Origin: Mobula hypostoma
Taxonomy: Eukaryota
DNA length: 64,000 bases
Assembly (NCBI RefSeq): GCF_963921235.1
Contig: NC_086097.1
Coordinates: 55,120,001-55,184,000 of the forward strand
Direction: 5' to 3'
This document shows, piece by piece, positions 1 to 11,919 of the stretch; the stretch's first letter is position 1; every line of letters begins with the position of its first letter. The notes under the pieces are model-generated. The model was not told the origin of the DNA, made no database searches, and saw only the letters and a list, made by a program, of their open reading frames with translations. Position numbers and translations under genes: made by a program.

Positions 1-1689
1 GAGTTTGTGTAACAATTAAAGTGGGACTTGTGTGATCTTAAAAGTTCTGTTAAATAAGGAGCTTTTCTCTATAATCATTTGCCATGTTTCAGTACGCTTG
101 CTAAGAAATTCTCATTGGGAATTCAACATTTATTACTGCAGTCTGCTCATCAAAATACTTTATAAACATATTGAAATCATGCTATCAATATAAGTAGTCT
201 TGTGCTAGATTTCCAGAATTAGTAGTGTATATTACAACAGACCTTGGTTTTAAGAAACAGTTGGAAAATGACAATTCACATTATTGCATTGGAGAGGAGG
301 CTTGAGCTTGGCTTGATATTATTGTCCAAGGACATGGGACCTGAGGAACCATTATATTACATCATTTTCTCATAGCAGCCTTGTTGAGTGTTATTACCTA
401 CTACTTGCCTGTTTTATATTGTTTGAGTGTTCTTCAAGTCGAATATGTATAAGAAATCTGTGACTCGTGTTCATAAGTGCATTTGCTCCACTAGTCTGGG
501 TTAAGTTCTAACTTGAAAATCACAAGCTGAGAAGGTAGTATTAATTAACAAAGCCTTTTCTCTCCAACTCCACACTTTTATTGATGCCAGAATTGCCCAA
601 GACAATAGGCAGAAGCTCAATGGGGCTTTTTAAGTAATAGCATTGGACACCAAATAAAGAAAGTGACTGCTCCTGTTGTGATATATATAATATATCCCAT
701 AGCTTCACTGATTAAATACTAGGTCGATAGTGTCTAAATGAATTGGCAAAACAGTATTCCATGACATTTTCCTATTTAATTCACAGTGAAGAGGAATTTT
801 AGTACAAACTTTGGTATTAACTTTTGCTTTGATTGGGATTATGATTTTACTGAATTTAATACCAATTACAAGGCTAGCAAATTTTCCAGGGCATCTTTGA
901 AATAAAGAAATTAAGTTGTATTTTAATTTGAGTTAAAAAAAAAATGTCTGATATGCCTGCTGAATTTTAAATCGGCACATGAAATGTTGTCCACATACCA
1001 AAGCATGCTGAAACTAGTCAAATGGAATGCTACACGTACTTGTTGGTTTAGAAAAATAGTCCAACACCCAAATGAAAAATTAACTCAAGCAACATTCTTT
1101 TAACAGCATTATGTAATTAGAGTGGTGACTTAAATTATTTGGAAGTCTAAGTAAGAATATTGCTGTCTTTCATCTGTACTTTTAACAGTACCTTGTTAGA
1201 TATTTTGCTGTAAATGTTATTCCAATATATTTTAGATCAGTGTGAAGATTGTTTATTGAGAACTAATTGTAGCCCAGCAAAGGATAGAGTGCTTTAATTT
1301 GGTCAGAAACCAACCTTTGGTGGAATGTGTACTTTGAGAAATGTGTATCCCTGAATGAGTAAGATTCAACAAGGAAGACATGATGTTGTACACTTGCTCC
1401 TTTGTATAGCACTACTTGATATCCATCACTATGTATTCAAAATGCACTCTGCCAATTTGTGGAATTGAAGCCGTATCACATGGAGAAAAGAAAGGAACTT
1501 CTCTGATTTGGGGTCGTGCCAAGATTGTCCAGATGACACAACGTTGTCGATACTATTCAAGAAAGGTGATGAAACAAACAAATGAGAGAGGTTGGTTGTT
1601 TGGAGCCGATTTCAATTTTGAGTTCTGAGGACTGTAACATGCCTATACAGAAAATGAAATTCCTCTCTGTGGTTTCAAAGACAAATGTC

Positions 1690-2620
1690 AGAGTGGAACT
1701 CAGATGAAGAATCAAAATGATAGGTAATGTGATGAAATCTGTGTTTGCTTTCCCAAATCCAGAGGGGACAATATTGTCATCAATGAATGTAATGCACTTA
1801 ATTAGAAGTGCGTTGAATTACTGCTTAAGTTGGAATTTTTTGGGTGTCTGGATAATGGCGAGGGAAGAGGAAAAGGGGGTAAGTATTGTATTTTGAGTGA
1901 TTGGACAGGAAAGTAGTTGGTGGAGAGGAGAAGAATGAACCAGTAAGTTGCAAAGGGAATAGTATTTTGAAAGGGGAGAGGAAGATTAGTCTGGAATTTA
2001 ATTAGACATAGCAGAAATTACGAGGGATAACCAGGGTGGAAGAGATAGTCAAGAGGAACCCAATTCTTTCTCTGGTTGGAGGAGAGTGAATGAGACTAGA
2101 AATGTGAAAATGCAAATATAGCTGAGAGTCTTTTTAACTTTGGAGGAGGAAACCACATTTCAGGATAAAGGACAATCTTTCAGAAGCATTGGATTGGAAA
2201 GTTGCATCATGTGAGAAACTGGGAGAATGAATGGAGTTATTGCAAGAAACAGAGGGAGAGAGGAGATATATTTAAGAAAATGATGGTGGAAGTCTGCAGG
2301 TTTATAATACACTTTGGTGGCTAACCTAATGTTTAATATTATGTTTAAAAATATGAAGACTCAGTAATGGATATGTGAGAGCAGGGTAGACACTGGCGGT
2401 AAACTAATTACATTTTCAAGTTCTCTGCAAGTTTAAATAGTAGCACCAATCCTGTTACTAATGCAAGGAAAGAGAGGGATTTTGAGTAGTACAGAAACAA
2501 GGAATCCCCCAACAAAACAGGCAAAGGAACTTCCCATAGTGTTTCCTTGAACTTTTGATTTGATGAAAGTGAGTGGAGTGACTTATCTGGGGGATTTAGC
2601 CCTTCCAATCCTATTGATAC
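1690..2620 (-). mobile_element. Highly decayed Penelope-like element (PLE) relic
   Basis: Purine-rich + strand segments align by eye to the young PLE at 33.7-34.5 kb (e.g. 'gagatagtcaagaggaacccaattc' vs 'gaggaccaggggaaccctatacc'; 'ttgcaagaaacagagggagag' vs 'ttgcaagagacagggtgagaag'). No ORF survives. Confidence 0.55.
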
Positions 2621-3539
2621 TCGTGACTTTTATTTTACTGATAAATTCTCCACTACAATCAGGTTTTTGTGTCTTCCATGAAGTCAGAAATAAAATGTTA
2701 AATTTCTGTAATTTTTTAAATTTTTAGCTTGAAGGGATAAATATTACATGTATATTGTTTATTAATTGTTTAAATGTTGGCCTTGACATGATTACTCCCA
2801 ATCTATCATAGCCTCGTATCTTGTCGATTTTAAGTGTTCTGTACGAACCTGACATTATTGGGGAAAATAGAAAGTGATACATTCATCAATCACCTGCATC
2901 TCTTCCTTGTATTTTAGGTACATATTTTTCTCGATAATATCTTTGTACTACTTTTACCCACTTCCCCCACGGTATTTTGTCATTGAAATTGTAAAATCAC
3001 ATTTCCGATGGTCATTTTAAAAATAGCACCTTGTGCGGCGACTCCATTGGTGTTTAAATGGGTCGCCTATCTAACTTTTCACTCAGTTTATTAAATAGGA
3101 TATATTCTAGTATATTTTGGGTTGGTAACTGGAAATACCTAACATTTATAATAATTTTAGCCTATTTTCCTTTCTGACGAATATTAAGTGAGAAATCAGC
3201 CAAACGTTTGGGAACTTTTGTAAACTGCAATTTAGCATCCAAGGCGATTTGTGTATTATGTCTTATCGGTGTATATGGGCTAGTTTCTTTCCCCTCTCAA
3301 CTTTTTGAGTACTGCTTCCTGCGAACGAACATGACAGCTCCGCCGAAACGGTGTCATCTATTTAGGAAAAGCTGTTTACGTGAGGAGAGAGCGAATATGA
3401 ATTGGGAATGTTCTCTATCGGATTCTTAGCATTTTATTGATGTACAGAGACGCCTCTAGTAGAGGTGATGAAATCAAAGGCATTGCTTCGAGGTGGGGAC
3501 CTAGCAAGAGCAGTGTGCATTCCCCCTTTAAGAGTTGAC

Positions 3540-4000
3540 ATAGTGGCTGCGCCGGGATTGGCTGCAGGCGAGCACAGGCCTATTTTGCAATGAAGTCAAC
3601 GTCAGCGAGGCGACTGGGCGCTCTGTCTCCGCCTTTTGCTGCCTTGGATTCGGACAAACGGTGACAGCAGTTGGGAGCCGACCCGGCCCCTCCTCCGCCA
3701 ACGAGGTGAGTGACTGGCGGGCGGGCTCCGGGCTGAGGGAAAACCCAGTCGGTAGAATCAGATTGTGCGGGTTTCAGTCTCAAGACCCGATCCCCGGCTC
3801 CAGCACGGTGACTGGGCCGTGCGAGGAAACGGCCGTGATTTAGCGTGGGACCTGGACAGGGCTGTGAGAGGCCGCAACTCACAATTGTCTTCAGCGGCTC
3901 GTTGGGGTGGGGGCGAGGAACTTAACATGGGTGGAAATTGGCTTTGAGATGTGCGAGACGGGCGGGGGCGATAGCGAGGAGAGTTGGGGAGGTGATAGGG
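3540..4000 (+). promoter_or_regulatory. KTN1: CpG island / probable KTN1 promoter
   Basis: The only CpG-rich, non-repeat segment in an AT-rich background. It carries an inverted CCAAT box (gattggct about 3556), GGGCGG GC boxes and a CRE-like half site (acgtca about 3599), and lies upstream of the first coding exon. Confidence 0.7.
3620..3705 (+). other. KTN1: Probable non-coding exon 1 of KTN1 (start approximate)
   Basis: Near-consensus donor GAG|GTGAGT at 3705/3706 inside the CpG island. The first coding exon has an acceptor 27 nt before its ATG, so an upstream 5'UTR exon is required. Confidence 0.6.
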
Positions 4001-5949
4001 TGGTCACCTCTGAGGAAACCCGCATTTAATGTTTCTGGGTCGCAACTCCAGCTCTTGCCTCAACAAGAGTTTTCTTGGTTCTTTTCGGTAGTGTTACACA
4101 GAATAGTTGTAAAAATATTATTCACCTGTCTTGACAACAGGTTTATCGTTGCTTTCTTTCCGCGCCCATTATGGTCAAGTTCAGTCACGCAATAGGTAAT
4201 TTTCTGTTTCACCAGTGATCTGGTGAGCCACGCAGTCACATTTTGGGTATTCAAGCATTCTAACAGTATAAGAATACATATATTACACTTTCTTAGTACC
4301 CTATGTGTGTTAATTGTTAAAAAGAATATTCATCACAATCAGTGGAAATTGAATTACACTTTTTATGATAGGCTGAGGAATACACCTTTTGACTTGAGTG
4401 TGAGTCAGTCAGTCAAACCCTTTTCTCATACCAGACACGCCCTTGAACAAGAACGTTGAGTGTACGCAGATTTTATGGATGGTTCCTTCACTGCTATGTT
4501 AATATTTGCTAATTAATAATATGACATGGAATAAAATATTTGGGAAATGTTAAATAAAAAAAATTCTAGATAACTATTCGTTTTGAGTTTCCAAAAAAAT
4601 GGTGACCTTCATTTGATAGTGATTTGTTTAAATCCTCTAAGAAGCTTTGCCAATGATTTTGAGAAGCGTTTGTTGATTAGGATAATTATTTTAGAATGTA
4701 ATTTTAAAAATATATTGATCATTTTATTTTTTCAAATGTGTACATCAATGCCAATTGCCAGTACATTGACTAAAAAGAGGATTTCCAAAGGCATATTTAA
4801 TTAGTGCTCAATCTCCTTATAAACTTACAAAGATGTCTAATTAGAACAAGGTTACCGTGACATTTTTGTACTTTGCTTAAAAAGTTGGAACTTTTGAAGT
4901 AAATTGCATTTTCCAAAATGGCTGTTTACCATTAGGTTGTTCCATTCAAAATCACTTCATCTTTAATGATGTTTGATGTATAGTTTTATAAGTGCCCTCT
5001 CGTAATTGCACAGAAATCTATATGGTCACAGTTCATGATCAACGACAATATAGTACTTCACAAAAGTATAAAAAATTGGTTCAGATATATGTGAGAAGTG
5101 AATTATGTCTTCAGTTCTTGGCCCAGCCACCTCTTGTAATGTAGTGGCTACTGTAGATTATAGATGGCATTCCAAGAGTATCTAAATTATTAAATTTTAC
5201 AATTGTAATTGGCTCTAGGCAAAAAAAAATCCTGTACTGCCAGTTGTTTTAGTCAAATCTACCCACCATAACTTGAAATGAGGAGGTTTAATGCCAGTTT
5301 ATGTTGGTAGAACAAAAGCAAGATGTTTATTGGACCATTATATTTATTGATATTGTTAAAGTAAGAGTTTCTTGCCTGCATTTCCCTTTCGTGATAGGAT
5401 ATATATATCCTCCCATTTGCTGCAGTGCAGTACTTGGCTATCAAGTGACAGTTGTTATTATTGCTGATCAAACAATTAAGAGGCCAAGAGGAATAATGCA
5501 ACAAATTAAGAATTGAAACTTAATGCCAGTTGGATAACTTGAAGCCATTTAGAGAAATTTGGAATTAGATAAATGGTATCTGTAAATGGATCTTGTAGAC
5601 CAGGAAAATTGGGCCATTTCTGAGATCAAATGGTATGTTTGACAATCAGTTGTCAAGTGATCTGTTTTGTGAAACATTAAATCATGCCTATCAATATCAC
5701 CATCTTCTCCAGAAAACCAATGTGTGCTAGCTCTTTGCCATCCTCCCATAAGGCAGAAAGCTGGCAGTCATTACCCAGTTTTTCTGCTGACAAAATCCAT
5801 TTACAAACCATTTCCAAATTTCTTCAAATATCATAGATTTTTGTTTTTAGTATTCATGTAAACAAAAGTGTCCTTGGTTTTATTTTCCACAAGGCATGGC
5901 AGTAGTACATTGTTTGATGTTTTGGTAAATATGTCTAGGTTCTTGAATT

Positions 5950-6600
5950 CAAAATAGAATCAGTTGGATATTCATTGTTCAGTTTCACACATACTGAAGG
6001 TTCCATGGCACAATTCTGTGATTTGGTTCTGATGCAGTGGAGTGAAGCTTGTGTACTTTTTGACCCAAATGATGTTGCAGTAAAGGCCAACATATCACTT
6101 GCCAAACTAATTACACATCTACATAATAACTTTGATTTGTGTAGGTGTCAACTCAGGTCCCTTTGAGCACCAACATCTTTTCAGTATCTCACCATTTTAG
6201 AAACAACTTGCCTTTTTATTTTTCTCTACAAAAGTAGATGGCCTTGTAATCTTTTTCATGTTTATATTTAATCTGCCACATTCTTGCCAATTTAATTAGC
6301 TCACATCCTTTGAAGCCTCTGTATTCTCCTCACAGCTGGTGCTGCTACCCAGTTTTTTAATCCTCTGCAACTTGGATGTGTTAGTCTACTTACTATGAAC
6401 TGTGAATCCTGTTGTACAGTACTGATCCTTCCAACATCCTACTGGTCAAAACTTAGCAATTTAAAATTATTCATTTCTACTCTACAGTCTGTGTTCTTCA
6501 TATATAACAAATCCTTATTGTTCCCAGTGCTGTGTGCTCTGACCTTGTGATCCCTATTAAAGACCTTATAAAAATCCAAACATACCATATCAACTTCTTT
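5950..6600 (-). mobile_element. Old decayed CR1-type LINE fragment
   Basis: Degenerate similarity to the reverse complement of the CR1 RT regions elsewhere in the window (e.g. 'atctgccacattcttgcca', 'actgatccttccaacatcctactggtca'). Confidence 0.45.
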
Positions 6601-7405
6601 TTCCTATTCTATTGTTCTTTTACTATTCTGCTAGATGTAGTACCAGGGAGAAAACAGCACAAATAGCTGACATTGCAATAGATTGTTGTATGCTATTATA
6701 ATTGGTTACTACTACAATGCTTTGTTATACACTGCTGTCGTTACATATTTACTAGATTGCTATATAGTGTGGCAATTGCTTACATACTGCGTTAGGGTGT
6801 TCCAGGCTACCATGAGAGTTAAGTGTAAGTAGTCAGTTAGCATTTTCCTTTCTACTCTTGGGTGGACAGATACACGTAGACATACACAGAGACACACAAA
6901 ATCGGCTCATTGGTTAATCGGGGCAGCTGCTTATTTGGGACAACTGTTAAAGAACAAAATCTATTTGAGAAAATTCCCAAGATTCCCTTTGTTTATTTAG
7001 GGCAATATGCCACTAAATTGGGACAGGAGACTGTTACCGAGCATTTCTAAATAGTATCAGTTGTTTGCGTTGTTATTTTTTTAAAAAAAAAGTAGTGATT
7101 TTTGTCACTGATTGTTGGTGAAAAATAAGCAGGAAGACAATTCAGAATGGTTTTGCTCAAGCATTCCGGCTTGGAGATGCCAGAAGTGGCTGGGAGTGAA
7201 AATGAAACTATTTCGCTACTTCAACTAGTTAGGAACTACAGAGAATTTGAAGGTATTGGCAATCATTTTAAATGTTACAATGAAAATGAAGATTTGGAGG
7301 ATATAATCATGAAAGCATTGTATGAAGGCGGTCCATTATCTGCACCAGATGTCTGCATTGATTTTGTTCATTTACAGTCAATCAAGAGAATGTTTCAGTG
7401 TCATC

Positions 7406-7504
7406 AACACACATAAAAGTTGCTGGTGAACGCAGCAGGCCAGGCAGCATCTCTGGGAAGAGGTGCAGTCGACGTTTCAGGCTGAGACCCTTCGTCAGGA
7501 CTAC
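7406..7504 (-). mobile_element. 99-bp PLE terminal module with 14-bp TSD
   Basis: Near identical to 32768-32864. Flanked by gtttcagtgtcatc at 7392-7405 and 7505-7518. Confidence 0.85.
7467..7502 (-). ncRNA. Minimal type I hammerhead ribozyme motif
   Basis: Minus strand reads AGUC CUGACGA AGGGUCUCAGCCU GAAA CG UC GACU: full core, stem I AGUC/GACU, a short stem II, palindromic ACGU in place of stem III, and a GUC cleavage triplet. Confidence 0.75.
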
Positions 7505-9319
7505 GTTTCAGTGTCATCGTTAGGTCGCATCTGGAATTTCCTGTTGGACAATTTCCCTCCATGTCTCTCCGTCCCGACACTTGTCTACAACATCCCTAGT
7601 CTTGTCCAGCTTGGTCCAATCCTCGATGTTATCCAGCCATGTTGTTCTGTGCCTTTCTCTTCCTTTCTTTCCCTCCACCTTTCCATACAGCAAGTCTGAC
7701 AAGATGTTATCTCTCCGTGTAACGTGTCCACAATAAGCAACTTTTAACTTCATAATCTTCTCCAGCAGTATCCGTGGTCTATCAACTTTGGACAAAACCC
7801 TCTCATTTGAAACTTTCTCTACCCAGCTGATCTTCAACATTCGTCGATAGCACCACATTTCAAAAGCATTAATTGGTTTCATGTCATTCTTCTTCAGTGT
7901 CCATGTTTCTGATCCATACCTCAGCAGTGACCATACAAAACACTGGAAGCGGATTCTACTTTGGATGTCTACCTTCCGATTGCATAGTAGATCTTTTAGC
8001 TTCATGAACTGGGAAGTAGCCTTACCTATTCTCCATCTGATCTCAATTTCACATCTCCTGTCATCTGTCAGACAACTGCCAAGATAATTAAACTTTCACA
8101 CCTGTTCAATGTCTTGTCCATTCACTTGTAATGATTCCATCATGAATGAGTCTTTAGTGTTTGTTTTGCTTACCACCATCGATTTTGTTTTTTTAGGGTT
8201 GATTTTTAGTCTGTATTCAAGGCTTTTCTCATTCACTTTATTCAGCATAATTTGCAGTTCGCGTGCGCTGTCAGCTAACAACGCTGTGTTAGTGTACACT
8301 GGATGAATTCCTCTGATAACTGTTAGGAACTAATAGAGTTTTATAGTACTGTGCTAGTATTGGTAGTGTTCTAATGTGTTCTGTATTCGTTTAATAAATA
8401 ATTTGTTGAGCAGTTTGTCTTTATACCTTTTTAACTGTTTCCATGAAACTTTGGCCAATTGGTACCGGTGCTGGCCCCAATTAACCAGAATCCACTGTTT
8501 TCAATTATCTTTCCTGCCTTTCTTAAATACTGGGCTTGCATTTACTATCTTACAATCTGAAGGAACCACTCCAGAGTTTGAGATCTTGGAGGACTGCAGC
8601 CAGTGCATCTGCAATCTCCATACCTGTTTCTTTTGGAAAAAGTAGGGTGCTGGTCACATCTTGGGAATTTATTGGCTTCCTATCCCATTCTTTTTCATTG
8701 TAAGTTTTGTTTTCACTCATCTTAATCTTATCAAGCTTCTCATTTCCCCTGAACAATTTTTACAGTTCCCCCTTTCACAGTTTCTACAAGGTTTTCTTCC
8801 TTTCTTGAAATAAAAAAAAATTTCTTTAATTGTGTAAACATTTCCTTATTCCCATGTAACTTTTATGTTGGTATGTTAACTTTGGCCAATTATTTCCTTT
8901 TAATATGTCAGTCACTTTTATGGCCTGTTTCTGTTTTCACATCAGCCTGCAATTCTTTTCTAGTCTGTTTTCCTTATCAAAGCCATGGTCGTCCTTGTTG
9001 AATTTCGACAACTGCTTATCTTCAGGCTTGTTGCTTTTGGTTTAATGTCATTTTAAATAAGCCCTTTCCATGGGTCCAGTGCCACCTTTTAATGTGAGAC
9101 CACTTTCCTGCAGTTTTTTGGCCTATGTGTATGACGTACAACCGAAGTATTAATTTCAGTTTGGATTAAATGACTTCTAATTTTGGAGAGTGAGTGATTT
9201 TTGCACAGATTTTGAACATAGAATATAGAAAAGTATAGCATAGGCTATGATGCAAACTTTAAATTGATCCCTTCATGTCTGTTTCCCTGTATTTCCTGCC
9301 TATCTAAAGTTCTCTTAAA

Positions 9320-10810
9320 TGAATCATAAGACCACATGACATAGGAACAGATTTAGGCCATTCTTTCCACTGAGTCTGTTCCATCATGGCTGATTAATTA
9401 TCCCTCTTAACCATATTTTCTTGCCTTCTCCCCATCACCTTTGTCACCTTTACTAATCAAGAACCTATCAACCTCTGCATTAAATATGCTTAATGCCTTT
9501 GCCTCCAAATCCATCTGTGGCATTGAATTCCACAGATTCACTACCCTCTGGCGAAAGAAATTCCTTCTCATCTCTGTTCTGCATGAATGTGTTACTATTC
9601 TGAGGCTGTGCTCTCTGATCCTAGACTCCATTGACAATGGTAAACAACTTCTTTAAATCCTCTCCATCTAGGTCTTTCAAAATTCAACAGGTTTCAATGA
9701 GATCTCCCCTCATTCTTCTGAACTCCAGCGAGTGTAGGCCCAGAGCCATTAAACACTTTTTGCATGTTAACCCTTTCAGTCCCAGCATCATTCTTGTGAA
9801 CCTCCTCTGGATCCTCTCCAACGCCAGCACATCATAAGGGGCCCAAAACTGCTCACAATACTCTCTGCATCCTCAGCATTTCATGTTGCTTTTATTTAGT
9901 AGTCCTCTTGAAATGAACGTGTTACAAGGATTACTCCTTAGTAATAACCGTCAGAGAGGCACAGAGAGAATCTGTATTTACTGACAAATGTCTTTATTGT
10001 CACAATGAAAGAGCATGTGAATTTGCACAACCAAATACCTGTGTGCACACCTGACCCTCAATAAACAGTTAAAGAAAAGGTAATACCCAGAAAAGAATTT
10101 TATGCTAGGCATGTATTCCCTGTGGTCCCAATCTAATCTCCAGATGTCCATCGGATATTTCCCATCTGCGATAATTGGTCTCTGGAGAGTTGTTGTTATT
10201 TTGCATTTGAAACATCTGCTTTTATATTCATTCCTTACCAGTTCAAGTGTTGTATTTCAGTGTTATTGGCTATGGGTCACCTGACAGACCTTGTAACATC
10301 TTATTGACTTCGGTCCAAGCCAGCATCCATTTATTGCCCTTCTTTTGCAAGTGACAATGGTAATTTATGGTTCTTTGTTCTAAATCAGTAAGTAGCTTGA
10401 ATCTCTCAGGTAGACACAGACCCCACCATTCACAAACCTGTATGTTATATCTCACCAAAGAACACCACAAATAACTTATTGGGAAATTATCTCTTGTCCA
10501 GTAAATTACCTGGAGCATCATTATGTTTATTTTAAAACACTGATTAGGCCAGGCAACTCCAGTTCACAAAATGGTAATCTCCATTCATTTGACCTCATGG
10601 CAAAAACAAAGATGATTGGTCTGTTGTCTTCCACTGTTCTTGATTCATTCACATTCACTGATTTGTGGACTGCAGTTCTTTCTGGCCAGCTAATGCTAAT
10701 GTTGTACTTGCTTTCCTTACCACCGACTTAACCTGCAAGTTAACCATGAAGGAATCCTGCACAAGGACTCTCAAGTCCCTTTGCACCTCACAAATTTTGA
10801 ATTTTCTCCC
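9320..10810 (-). mobile_element. CR1 LINE 3' portion, interrupted at about 9920-10690
   Basis: ORF 9407-9637 (RTEMRRNFFRQRVVNLWNSMPQ..FNAEVDRFL) is the CR1 ORF2 C-terminus. The CR1 sequence breaks at 'cctcttgaaatgaac' and resumes at 'gctaatgttgtacttgctttcc'. Confidence 0.75.
9920..10690 (-). mobile_element. Unclassified insertion, possibly LTR/ERV-derived
   Basis: Non-CR1 sequence inside the CR1. It begins TGTTAC and has a minus-strand AATAAA (tttatt about 9993) near that end. Confidence 0.3.
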
Positions 10811-10829
10811 CATTCAGAAAATAGCCCGT

Positions 10830-11910
10830 GCCTAGGTACTGGCATGGATAGAAGATTAGCTGACTGGCAGGAGACAAAGAATAGGATTAAAGGGGGTATT
10901 TTCTGGTTGGCTGTCAATCACTACTGGTGTTCTGCGGGGGTCACTGTTAGGACTGCTTCTTTTCACTTTGTATGTCATTGATTTCAATGAAGGAATTTGA
11001 TGGCTTTTTGGCCAAGTTGATAGACGATACGAAGATGGGTGGAGGGGCAGGTAGTGTTGAGGAAGCAGGGTGTCTGAAGAAGGGCTTAGACAGATTGGGG
11101 GAATGGGCAAAGAAGTGATGGATGGAATATAACGTAGGGAAGTGCATGGTCATGTATTTTAGTAGAAGGAATAAAGGTGTGGACTATTTTCTAAAAGGGG
11201 TGAACATTCAAAAATCAGAAGTGCAGAGGGACTTGGGAATCCTCGTGCAGGATTCACTAGAAGTTAACTTGCAGGTTGAGTTGGCGGTAAGGAAGGAAAA
11301 TGCATTCTTTTTGAGAGGAGCTGTATACAAAAGCAAGGATGTTAGGCTTTAAAGAGCATTGGTCAAACTGAACTTGGAGTATTGAGTGGTTTTGGATCCC
11401 TTATCCAAGAAAAGATGTATTGGCATTGGAGAGGGTCCAGAGGAGGTTCATGAGAATGATCCCAAGAATGAAGGGATTATCATGAGGAACGTTTGATGGC
11501 TCTGGGCCTGTACTCACTGGAGGTTGGAAGAATGGGATCTCACGGAAATCCGTCGAATATTGAAAGATCTGGATAGAGTGGATGTAGACAGGATGTTTCT
11601 TGTAGTGGTGAGTTTAGGTCCAGAGGGCACAGCCTCAGAATAGAAGAATATCCATTCAGATCAGAGATGAGAAGGAATTTCTTTTGCCAGAGAGTGGTGA
11701 ATTTGTGGAATTAAATGCCACAGAAGGCTGTGCAGGTCAAGTCATCAGGTATATTTAAAGGAGCTTGATAGATTATTGATTATTCAGGGCATCAAAGGTT
11801 ATGGGGGGAGGGGAAGGCAAGGGAATGGGGTTGATAGATGATGGATCAGCCATTATGGAGTGGTGAAGCGACTCGATGGGCCAAATGGCTGATTCTGCTC
11901 TTTTGATGGT
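10830..11910 (+). mobile_element. CR1 LINE RT/3' fragment
   Basis: MEYNVGKCMVMYFSRRN..QRDLGILVQDSL, plus a CR1 3' UTR ending 'ggccaaatggctgattctgctc'. Confidence 0.85.
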
Positions 11911-11919
11911 CTTAAAACA

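Larger units (their letters stand above)
7391..8283 (-). mobile_element. RTE-clade LINE, 3' fragment
   Basis: ORF 7520-8005 contains YGSETWTL..INAFEMWCYRRMLKISW..CGHVTRR..GKVEGKKGR..WLDNI, the typical RTE C-terminus. ORF 8096-8299 continues the RT (ALLADS..LKINPKKTKSMV). Confidence 0.85.
6900..8497 (+). mobile_element. Non-autonomous Tigger/pogo-like DNA transposon interrupted by nested insertions
   Basis: Right end 'ccccaattaaccagaatccactg' (TIR-like, CAGT on the reverse strand), with an inverted subterminal match 'tggttaatcgggg' near 6912. Remnant acidic ORF at 7147-7390. The host sequence resumes after 8283. Confidence 0.5.

Noticed and set aside
1..1000. AATAAA signals suggesting the 3'UTR of an upstream gene
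   Set aside because: No coding exon or stop context is visible, and such hexamers are common in AT-rich DNA.
3580..4254. Cluster of short overlapping ORFs
   Set aside because: Expected in a GC-rich CpG island, with no recognisable protein similarity.
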